From the IMG/VR virus record IMGVR_UViG_3300031857_015401, positions 28,871 through 92,870 of that record: a stretch of DNA of 64,000 nt; one strand, 5' to 3'. This DNA is from a virus. Shown one piece after another: positions 50,793 through 58,623 of this stretch. Within the stretch, counting starts at the first letter, position 1; each line of letters opens with the position of its first letter. The notes under the pieces were generated by a model. The model was not told the DNA's origin. It saw nothing but the letters and a program-made list of their open reading frames with translations, and did not search any database. The position numbers and the translations under genes are program-made.

Positions 50793-52223
50793 TTAGTTTT
50801 TATAAATTCTTTTTACAATTATGTTGTTGTCAACTATAAAATACATTCCAGGAAGAGCGTTATCTAAATTTGTTGTTTTACCATTTACATCAATCACAAC
50901 GATATTACCAAAACCTTCAGACAACTCTTTTTGTCCTTTATCCCATCCGTAGTGATTTCCGTTTCCTCCTTGATTTCCACCACCTTGACCAGGGTTAGAA
51001 GAGTCAACTCCGTCCTCATCATTTCCGTGACCATTATTACCGTCATTATTAGATAAGTCAATTAAGTTTTGAACCATTCTTAACGCTTCACCTGAGTTTA
51101 ATCTACCTGATCCTATTTTACCAATATAATTAGGGTTTAATGAGTCAATATTAACTGCGCTTACTCTTAAAATTGAATCTATTTCGTAATTTGTTAAATC
51201 AGGTTTTAGTGATAACATTAAAGCCACAGTTCCTGTAACAAATGGTGCTGCAAATGATGTACCATTTGAATATGTGTACCATTCCGGTGCTGGTGTAACA
51301 GGTACGTTATAACCAGGAGCACAAATATCAACAGATGAATTTGTTTGGTGTCTTGTTGATGGATTACCGATAGTTCTTTCTATATTATCTTGACTACCTA
51401 CACTTGTTACCGCAAATACGTTATTGTAAGCCGCTGGGTAAACTAATGCGTTAGGATTACCACATGTACTTCCGTTTCCTGCTGCAGCAACGATAAATGT
51501 TCCGTTGTTATAGATCTCATCAATTGCTTGTTGTGCATAGATATTATAGTTACATCCTGATGACCAAGATAAGTTAATAACTTTTGCCCCGCCGTATGAT
51601 GCCATTAACATGTCGTTATAATTCATTCTAAATAGGTTAAGTGTTGTATTATAACCTATAGAAGAGATACCAATATAGTTATTTGTGTTTCCTGCAACTA
51701 TTGTTGCCACGGCCGTACCATGTGTTCTTGTTGCTGTGTTTGTGTTGTCATAATAATTAATTTTACCGTTTAGTTCTTCGTGGGTGTTATAGTAATTTTG
51801 GTCAGAAATAGCCACGTTTAGATTGGGATTTCCCGTTGTGTATGACCATGCTGTTTGAGCATTTATTAAATCTAATGCCCAATTATTAGAAAATGTTGTA
51901 TTGTAGTCGTTTGGTAATTCTAATGTTTCATATGTTGGTGCGTATTCAATACCTTTTAAACCGTTTACTTTATGTAATGAAGTATACAAATCAACAACAT
52001 CACAATCACATGTAAATTCATATACATTTTGTAGAGACTCTTGTCTTGAAGATGGAAAGGCTTTTCTATATTGTAAATCAGTTTTTACTGTGGTGGGTAA
52101 TGTTTGTAATTCTAATTTATTAACATCTTCTACTGTTACCCATACACTTCCTTTTTGTGCGAAAGACACTACAGTTAATAAACTAATTAGTAAAGTTGAG
52201 ATTGTTGTTTTTAAGTTCTTCAT
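50793..52223 (-). CDS. Secreted S8 (subtilisin-like) serine protease with a short T9SS-like C-terminus
   Basis: Signal peptide ...VSFA|Q; propeptide; triad VAISD, HGTAVA, GTSFAAP; oxyanion AAAGN; tail VIDVNGK...LPGMYFI...KRIYKN. Confidence 0.88.
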   Translation of the reverse strand: MKNLKTTISTLLISLLTVVSFAQKGSVWVTVEDVNKLELQTLPTTVKTDLQYRKAFPSSRQESLQNVYEFTCDCDVVDLYTSLHKVNGLKGIEYAPTYETLELPNDYNTTFSNNWALDLINAQTAWSYTTGNPNLNVAISDQNYYNTHEELNGKINYYDNTNTATRTHGTAVATIVAGNTNNYIGISSIGYNTTLNLFRMNYNDMLMASYGGAKVINLSWSSGCNYNIYAQQAIDEIYNNGTFIVAAAGNGSTCGNPNALVYPAAYNNVFAVTSVGSQDNIERTIGNPSTRHQTNSSVDICAPGYNVPVTPAPEWYTYSNGTSFAAPFVTGTVALMLSLKPDLTNYEIDSILRVSAVNIDSLNPNYIGKIGSGRLNSGEALRMVQNLIDLSNNDGNNGHGNDEDGVDSSNPGQGGGNQGGNGNHYGWDKGQKELSEGFGNIVVIDVNGKTTNLDNALPGMYFIVDNNIIVKRIYKN

Positions 52224-52391
52224 TTCTATTGGTTTAATTTGTAATTTATTATTTTCTACACCAATAGATATGTGAAAGGCCCCGTAAAAGACCTGTTTTT
52301 GATACCCTAAAAAGGTTACTTTACAACTATAACCCTATAAACATCTAAGTAATTTTACCCATATATTTAGTAGTTATTACTTGAATTATAT

Positions 52392-52425
52392 AAAAACAAA
52401 AAAGGTCAGATTTCTCTGACCTTTT
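52392..52425 (-). terminator. Intrinsic terminator of the major capsid gene
   Basis: Perfect stem aaaaggtcaga / tctgacctttt with a 4-nt loop, 20 nt past the MCP stop; T tract on the minus strand. Confidence 0.8.
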
Positions 52426-52444
52426 CCTTATGTTAAGATATTGA

Positions 52445-54232
52445 TTATCTCAATTCTCTCAAGTCGAATGTTCTAACACCATCAACTACGATTCTACCAT
52501 AGAAACGGTTGTTAACCATTTTCTTAGCGTATCTCGTCATTATACCTTTAATAGGTGTAAAGTTGAATGGGTTATACATTGTAGGTGTTAATTGTAGAGG
52601 TACATATGGAGCGTAAACGTATCCTGTATCTAACAATGAAGAACCTTTGTGTCCTAATAAGATTGTGTTAGGTGGGAAGTAAGGATCTCTATACACTTGG
52701 TATCTTCCTGATAATGTACCAACTCTTTCAATACCCATGTTGTATTGATCTTGCTCAGGTGAAGCGTTAGATACGTGGAAGTACTCAAGGTCATCAAAGA
52801 TAGCTGAAATCTCAGAAGAAACAACAATCCAATTGGCACCACCTCTAAGTGTAGACTTGTGGATTTGTGCAGAAACTTGGTTAATTGCGGTAATCAAAGT
52901 TTGATTCCAATCTTTTTGTGTGTATTGAGTTAATGGATTTGCTGCTGTTCCTCTTTTCCATCCATTGTAATCCCATCTTAAAGTCCATGCAGCTCCTTTT
53001 CTAAGGTCTCTCAAGATTTCTCTATCAATTTCAGCAGCTACTTGTTCAGACAATAAAGCCGTTAATTCAGCTTCAGCATCGATGTTATGGAATGCAGAAA
53101 CGTCTTGTGCCAATTCAGGAGACCATTGTGCTCTTAGTTTTCTTTCTGTAACAGATACAGTAACTGACTCAAGGTCAAAAGAAACTTCACCAATTTTATC
53201 TTCAAATTCTAATTCTTGATATACTCTATAAGTTGCGGTGAATTCTGTGTTAACACCTGCATCACCAGCAATAGTAGTAGTTAAACCTGAATAACCATCT
53301 AATGAAGTTGCTCCTATTGAACAAGGTACTTGTAAATCTACTTCTAAGTAAATTTTACCGTCAGCAGAACAAATATTATCATAAGAACCACCGTTTCCAT
53401 CAGTACCAAAAGTTGTTGAAGTTTGTGTACCATATTGAACAATTCCTTTACCGTATTTTTGAGTTACTACTCTAAATAATAGGTTAGAACCAGAAACTCC
53501 TGAAAAAGCAGCGCCCGCACCACTATTAGCAGTCACTGTTAAATCAGAAAGGAATGATTCGTTATCCATTTCTTGACCATCAGGACCAATTAATTTACCT
53601 GCTCCTGCGTTAGAGAATCCTGACATAACAAGTAATACTTTTCTATATTCACCAGCAGTATACCCTGAAGGAATTAATTCACCATTTGACCACACAACTG
53701 TAGTAACAGAAGCGGTAAGTGCTGAATATCTACCTTTTGAATAATCAAAAAGACCTGCGGGATCTAAACCAGGCTCATTTCCTTCATAAAATCTGTCATA
53801 AAGGTTTTTTCCTGAATTATAAGCCGCTTGAGAAGCTGCTTGAGTTGGTCCTCCATCTGCACCAATAGGTGAAAAATGTTCATTACCAGTATTATAACCT
53901 TGAATTTTAGGTACAAAGTAGAACAATTTACCGATTGGTAAGTTCATTGCTTGTACTGATACTAAATCGTTAGCTAATAATTTAGAGAATACTCTTCTAA
54001 CGATAGGGAATACAACTGTTTCAAAAGAACCTGAACTATCAGTTGATGCCGCTTCATTAATTAGGTGAGACGCTTGGTTTTCATATAATTGTGCCATGTT
54101 CTCTTTAACGTGTCCTCTTAGACCGTCTAGGAATCCTAATCTATCCCATTTGTTGATTGTATCTTCTTTGATAACTTTAAGGTGTTTTAACCCAATGTTA
54201 CCAACAAGACCTGATTCTAATAATGCTCCCAT
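52445..54232 (-). CDS. Major capsid protein (T4 gp23-like)
   Basis: FPIVRRVF...VSVQAMNLP.G, RKLRAQWSPELAQDV.AFH.IDAEAEL, AAEIDREI, GYVYAPYVPL, GIMTRYA. Confidence 0.97.
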   Translation of the reverse strand: MGALLESGLVGNIGLKHLKVIKEDTINKWDRLGFLDGLRGHVKENMAQLYENQASHLINEAASTDSSGSFETVVFPIVRRVFSKLLANDLVSVQAMNLPIGKLFYFVPKIQGYNTGNEHFSPIGADGGPTQAASQAAYNSGKNLYDRFYEGNEPGLDPAGLFDYSKGRYSALTASVTTVVWSNGELIPSGYTAGEYRKVLLVMSGFSNAGAGKLIGPDGQEMDNESFLSDLTVTANSGAGAAFSGVSGSNLLFRVVTQKYGKGIVQYGTQTSTTFGTDGNGGSYDNICSADGKIYLEVDLQVPCSIGATSLDGYSGLTTTIAGDAGVNTEFTATYRVYQELEFEDKIGEVSFDLESVTVSVTERKLRAQWSPELAQDVSAFHNIDAEAELTALLSEQVAAEIDREILRDLRKGAAWTLRWDYNGWKRGTAANPLTQYTQKDWNQTLITAINQVSAQIHKSTLRGGANWIVVSSEISAIFDDLEYFHVSNASPEQDQYNMGIERVGTLSGRYQVYRDPYFPPNTILLGHKGSSLLDTGYVYAPYVPLQLTPTMYNPFNFTPIKGIMTRYAKKMVNNRFYGRIVVDGVRTFDLRELR

Positions 54233-54305
54233 TTTTTAATTTTTAATTAGAGTTTATTTTTATTTTATGTATATAAATATACAGTAATTTTAAAAAGTTT
54301 ATTTT

Positions 54306-55784
54306 TTATTTAATTTTTGCCATTAAATCTCTCATTCTCAAGAATTGAGGATTTTCATAAGTTTTACTTTCAATCAAATTAGTTGCCGATCCAGTCTGTG
54401 GTGTTTTAATAACTTTTCTCTCGATAGATTCCGTAACTATCGGTTGACTTTCTTTTCCTCCTAATTCTTTTTTGATTGATTGATAAAGATTTTTAGATTC
54501 TTTTAAAGTTTCAACTGAGTCAAATCTTCTAAGAATATTAATCTTTTCTTGTTTAGTGGTTGAGTGTTCTGTAAATAGTCTTGTTGAATAAGCCAAATTA
54601 GAATTAAATACTGCAACTTCATTTAGTTTAGTTCTAAAGAAATCTAACGCCTTTTTATATTCTTCATTTTTTTCTTTTAACAATTCTACTTGTTTGTATT
54701 GAGACTCAGATACTTGTCTTGGTGCGGTAACTCTACCTCTTTCGGCTCTTCTTCTATATGTCATAGTTCTTGATGCTTCAGTAGTTTCCGCATCTAAATT
54801 TTCTACACTATCAACTAAACCTTCGTTATTTTCTTCTTCCCATTCGTTGAATTCTTCTTCATCCATTTCGGTTTCAGTAACTCCGTGTTTAATAGAAGGG
54901 TATTTAAATTTAGGCCCTTTACCTGTCATACCTCTACCTCCTGATTTTCTATCTTCTTTAAAACCTTTCATATTAACACCTGATTTAGGCATACCTAATT
55001 TTGGTTTACCCATACCTGTGCCTTTGGCTTTAAAAGACTCTAAAACTGACTCCAAAGTATCTTGGTCTATTTCATAAAAAGTTTGATCTTCTTCATACAT
55101 TGAAGGTTCGATTTCGCTTTCTTCTCCAAATCCACCCACCATAGAATCTTCTTCGTACATTTCAAAAGTTTCTTCTTCTCCAAAAGGATTTTCACCGTCA
55201 ACCTCTAATTCATAGATATTTTCAGTTGGCTCCATATACGAATTATCTTCATTCCACTCACCTTCTTCCATATAATTTTCCATCATGTGTTCAGGATTGT
55301 TTGATTCGTCACCCAATTGTATTAAATACTCAGTATTGTTATTTGGGTCTGATAAATGAATTCCTGTTTCGTCTTTTTTAACAATAACACCATCTTCATC
55401 TCCCATTAATTTAAATACTTTCATCACATCACTCATTGGTGCTTGTGTCATATCTAATGGTGGTAACTCATCTGTTGGTTGATCACCCTCAACTTCAGCA
55501 TCTACTTCAACTTCATCTTCCATTTCTGGTTCTTCCATTTCAGGTTCTTCCATTTCAGGTTCTTCTACATCTTCTACTTCAGTATCAACATCAACTTCTT
55601 GATCTTCTTCTTGTTCACGTAGTTTTCTTTTTTTCGGAACATTTAATGATTCCCTTACTAATTCACTGATTTCTTCCTTCATAGTAGAAGCAAGTATTCC
55701 TTTTGCGTTTTCACTGATAGCATTTTCAACGGACTTTATTTGTAATAAAGCCTCTTCTACTACCGATTTTTCTTTCATACTCAT
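54306..55784 (-). CDS. Prohead core scaffolding protein (T4 gp22-like position)
   Basis: Very acidic; coiled-coil C-terminus (KLNEVAVFNSNLAY); many L/I/V-x-E sites; lies between the protease and MCP genes; EEPEM x3 repeat. Confidence 0.75.
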   Translation of the reverse strand: MSMKEKSVVEEALLQIKSVENAISENAKGILASTMKEEISELVRESLNVPKKRKLREQEEDQEVDVDTEVEDVEEPEMEEPEMEEPEMEDEVEVDAEVEGDQPTDELPPLDMTQAPMSDVMKVFKLMGDEDGVIVKKDETGIHLSDPNNNTEYLIQLGDESNNPEHMMENYMEEGEWNEDNSYMEPTENIYELEVDGENPFGEEETFEMYEEDSMVGGFGEESEIEPSMYEEDQTFYEIDQDTLESVLESFKAKGTGMGKPKLGMPKSGVNMKGFKEDRKSGGRGMTGKGPKFKYPSIKHGVTETEMDEEEFNEWEEENNEGLVDSVENLDAETTEASRTMTYRRRAERGRVTAPRQVSESQYKQVELLKEKNEEYKKALDFFRTKLNEVAVFNSNLAYSTRLFTEHSTTKQEKINILRRFDSVETLKESKNLYQSIKKELGGKESQPIVTESIERKVIKTPQTGSATNLIESKTYENPQFLRMRDLMAKIK

Positions 55785-55887
55785 TTTTTTATATAATGTG
55801 TTATGCGTTTATTTTATTAAATAAATATGCAGTTTTTTAAAAAAGTTAGTTTTTTTTATAGTTTAAAAAGAAATAATTAATAAGCAC

Positions 55888-55921
55888 AAAAAAAGGGAAC
55901 ACATATTGTATCCCCTTTTTA
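55888..55921 (-). terminator. Probable intrinsic terminator after the DUF4494-like gene
   Basis: Imperfect stem aaaaaggga..aca / tgt.tccccttttt flanked by A/T tracts. Confidence 0.55.
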
Positions 55922-55941
55922 ATAAAAATTTTACTTAAAAA

Positions 55942-56151
55942 TTATTCAATTACCTCATCAATTTTACTTTCAACGATTGCGGTTATTCTCCAATCCATTG
56001 TGTAAGTTTCATAAACTTTAGTTACTTTAGCTTCTACATCGGTAGGACTATAACCTTTAACCAATTTTTCTTCTTTAAGTTTTTTTACTTTTCCTGTGTT
56101 TTCATCAACCATATCGGTTGTTACTTTTGCTACGAAATATTTTTCATCCAT
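55942..56151 (-). CDS. DUF4494-like small protein (Bacteroidota-associated)
   Basis: YFVAKV...ENTGKVKKLKEEKLV...S.TDVEAKV...ITAIVESKIDEV. Confidence 0.65.
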   Translation of the reverse strand: MDEKYFVAKVTTDMVDENTGKVKKLKEEKLVKGYSPTDVEAKVTKVYETYTMDWRITAIVESKIDEVIE

Positions 56152-56162
56152 GTCTTATAAAT

Positions 56163-56867
56163 TTATTTATCCAAATAATCGGATAATCTTTTCATTAAGT
56201 CAATAGATTTACCTAAAGGATTTGATTCTACACTTTGGTGTTCAGTTAATTTTTCTTCATACTTTGGTCTATCTTCTTTATTTAAATAAAGGTATGCTCC
56301 CGGCGTAGATGGAGATGAAACAAGGTCAAAACAAATTAATTCAAAATCTTCTTGTACTTCATTTTGTTCTCCTTTTTTAACTAATGAACCAACTCCTCTT
56401 GAAGACACTCCCATAGTAACACCTTGTCTCATCATGTTTGCTGCAACATCTCCTTTAGAAGAAATAATACCTCTTTCATGAAAACCTGGTGAAGTTAATA
56501 ATTTAATTTTACCCATTAACACGTTATCTTCCCACCACACATCAGTTATTAAATGAGCTACTCTATCTAAATCAATAAGTGAAGATTCAGGGTGATTAAG
56601 TTCAGAAATTGACATTCCCCTATTAATCATTTCTTTATATTTTTCGGCTTCTCTTTTTAATATTTTTTCAGGATATATTCTACCATTTCTATTTGGTACC
56701 CCATATTTTTGTAATGTTGCATAAAACACAAAAGGTTTAGAATGATCTAACTGTCCGTAAGATTCTTTTATTACTTGACTGTTTCTATATTCATTTGGGT
56801 TAATAATCCCCGCGTCCCACTCAACTAAAATTCCTTTACCTGTATCATTTGGTCCTAATATTTTCAT
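56163..56867 (-). CDS. Prohead protease (T4 gp21-like)
   Basis: NRNGRIYP, ELNHP, MGVSSRGVGS, FDLVSSPSTPGAY. Confidence 0.93.
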   Translation of the reverse strand: MKILGPNDTGKGILVEWDAGIINPNEYRNSQVIKESYGQLDHSKPFVFYATLQKYGVPNRNGRIYPEKILKREAEKYKEMINRGMSISELNHPESSLIDLDRVAHLITDVWWEDNVLMGKIKLLTSPGFHERGIISSKGDVAANMMRQGVTMGVSSRGVGSLVKKGEQNEVQEDFELICFDLVSSPSTPGAYLYLNKEDRPKYEEKLTEHQSVESNPLGKSIDLMKRLSDYLDK

Positions 56868-56889
56868 AATATATTTTTTAAAATAAATA

Positions 56890-57339
56890 TTAGCTAATCA
56901 CAGTTTCTTTAATTTTTGTTTTACTTAATGTGAAATACTTTGATTTTTTTAAATCATCGTGATATATTGATGATATTATTTTTTTAAGTTTGCTTCTTAA
57001 AATTAATGATTTGAAGTCTAAAGATTTATCGTGAACAAATAATGTTATTTCTAAATTTAAAAAACTTTTTTTATTTTTTTGAATTCCGCTAGTTCTTAAA
57101 TCAAGATCAACAATTTGTTTTTTTTCAAAAGTTGTAAACTCAACAACCTCTAATAATGTGTGTAAAATTTGTCTTTTTAAAATTCCTGTAATCCTATTCC
57201 AATTTTCTTCGTCTGTTATGGGTTCTATCCAAGTTTGTAGTACAACATAAATTGATTTTAATTCTTTTGAGTCGACTGTTCCGTAGTGACATTTTGCATC
57301 ATCAAAAATGTTTAATTTTGATGTCTTTCCTTTTTTCAT
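56890..57339 (-). CDS. Hypothetical phage protein
   Basis: 149 aa; YGTVD, IVDLDLRTSGI, FLNLEITLF. Confidence 0.6.
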   Translation of the reverse strand: MKKGKTSKLNIFDDAKCHYGTVDSKELKSIYVVLQTWIEPITDEENWNRITGILKRQILHTLLEVVEFTTFEKKQIVDLDLRTSGIQKNKKSFLNLEITLFVHDKSLDFKSLILRSKLKKIISSIYHDDLKKSKYFTLSKTKIKETVIS

Positions 57340-57371
57340 TTTTCATTTCTTACAAGTTTATTGTTTTAACA

Positions 57372-57400
57372 ATTATAATAAAACTTTAAGTACTTGTCAA
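57372..57400 (-). promoter_or_regulatory. Exact sigma70-type promoter TTGACA-N17-TATAAT
   Basis: Plus-strand tgtcaa at 57395-57400 and attata at 57372-57377, 17-nt spacer, intergenic, 32 nt upstream of the ATG at 57339. Confidence 0.55.
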
Positions 57401-57447
57401 AATTTAAAAAATATCCTAATATTTATATAATAAAACCAAAAAAATTT

Positions 57448-57636
57448 ATGATAATAGTTCCAGTAAAAAACGAAAAGTCTTTAGAACAAGCATTAAAAAC
57501 TTATAAGTTTAAAATTTATAAAACAAAACAAATTCAAAAATTACAAGAAAGACAAGAGTTTACAAAACCTTCAGTTAAAAAAAGAGCTCAGAAAAAAAAG
57601 GCTCAATATAGACAAAAAAATCAAACTTCTTCTTGA
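57448..57636 (+). CDS. rpsU: Ribosomal protein bS21 (Bacteroidota/Flavobacteriia-type)
   Basis: MIIVPVKNEKSLEQALKTYK.K..KT....L.ERQEFTKPSVKKR...KKAQY; start reassigned to ATG 57448. Confidence 0.9.
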   Translation: MIIVPVKNEKSLEQALKTYKFKIYKTKQIQKLQERQEFTKPSVKKRAQKKKAQYRQKNQTSS

Positions 57637-57875
57637 TCTTTTTTATTATCTATTTTTTTCCCAAATATTAATTCTGTTGAGGTTAAACCTAAAGATCCAA
57701 ACGCCAATAATCCAATAACATCAACTAACGATTCGTCAGGACAAAGTGTTCCTTGTGAAAATACTGAAGCCATCAAACTAACTATTAAACTTATAACACA
57801 AATTATACCTACAAACCTTTTTGATGATAGTGTGGTTGATCCTGAACCTAAAAGAGATTTAAAAAATTTTGTCAT
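57621..57875 (-). CDS. Small two-TM membrane protein (holin-like)
   Basis: SSKRF followed by two hydrophobic helices and a charged C-terminal tail. Confidence 0.5.
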   Translation of the reverse strand: MTKFFKSLLGSGSTTLSSKRFVGIICVISLIVSLMASVFSQGTLCPDESLVDVIGLLAFGSLGLTSTELIFGKKIDNKKDQEEV

Positions 57876-58603
57876 AAACCTAAACTTAATTTTTTAAGTT
57901 TATAATATTCATAATGATCACATTTAGACTCTTTAATTTTTTCAATTGTTTTTGAAATTGTATTATTTAAATCGCTATCTTTTGATTCATTAATTGAGTT
58001 TTTTAAATTATCTAAAACTATTTTTTTTGTTTTTACAAACTCTTCTTTTAAATCATCCCCATTTAAAGAAAGTATTTCATTTAATTCTTTTTGTTCAGAT
58101 TCATTTAAACTTATTTCTTTTTTTAATGTTTCATTTGCGATTTTTACCATAGAAGATATTGGTAAATTTGTTTCTTGTATTGTTAATTCTGATTTTTTAT
58201 TTTCAGAAATTAATGTTTTTTTAATAGTATTTTTTGATTCTAGTATTGACTCTAAATTTCTTATAGATTTATTATATATTGCATTATCAATATCTCTATA
58301 ATTGTTTTTAGATTCTTTTATATATTTAGAAACCCATGTATCTAACCTATTAATAATATTTTTTGAACTTGAAATTAAAATTTGAGAATATTCTAAAGAC
58401 TCATTTAGGTAATCTTCAGCCAAATCTTTATCCAATCCCTTATTTGTAGATAAGTCGTCATATATGTAGTATAATTCAGAAATATCTTTATTTTCTAAAA
58501 CCATAATTTTAAATTCTTTCATAAAATTTTTAAATTGCGGTTTTTGATAAAGGTTAGTTGATGCCTTTTCTATTTTTGTTTTAATTGTACCAAAAGTATT
58601 CAT
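57872..58603 (-). CDS. Hypothetical helical protein in the head module (possible prohead core component)
   Basis: 243 aa downstream of portal; many I/L-x-E sites (LNE, IKE, ILE, ISE, INE); late-type motif upstream. Confidence 0.55.
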   Translation of the reverse strand: MNTFGTIKTKIEKASTNLYQKPQFKNFMKEFKIMVLENKDISELYYIYDDLSTNKGLDKDLAEDYLNESLEYSQILISSSKNIINRLDTWVSKYIKESKNNYRDIDNAIYNKSIRNLESILESKNTIKKTLISENKKSELTIQETNLPISSMVKIANETLKKEISLNESEQKELNEILSLNGDDLKEEFVKTKKIVLDNLKNSINESKDSDLNNTISKTIEKIKESKCDHYEYYKLKKLSLGL

Positions 58604-58623
58604 ATCTTTTTTAGTTATAAATA

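Noticed and set aside
57394-57447. N-terminal extension of bS21
   Set aside because: The TTG start runs through the promoter region; bS21 similarity begins at ATG 57448
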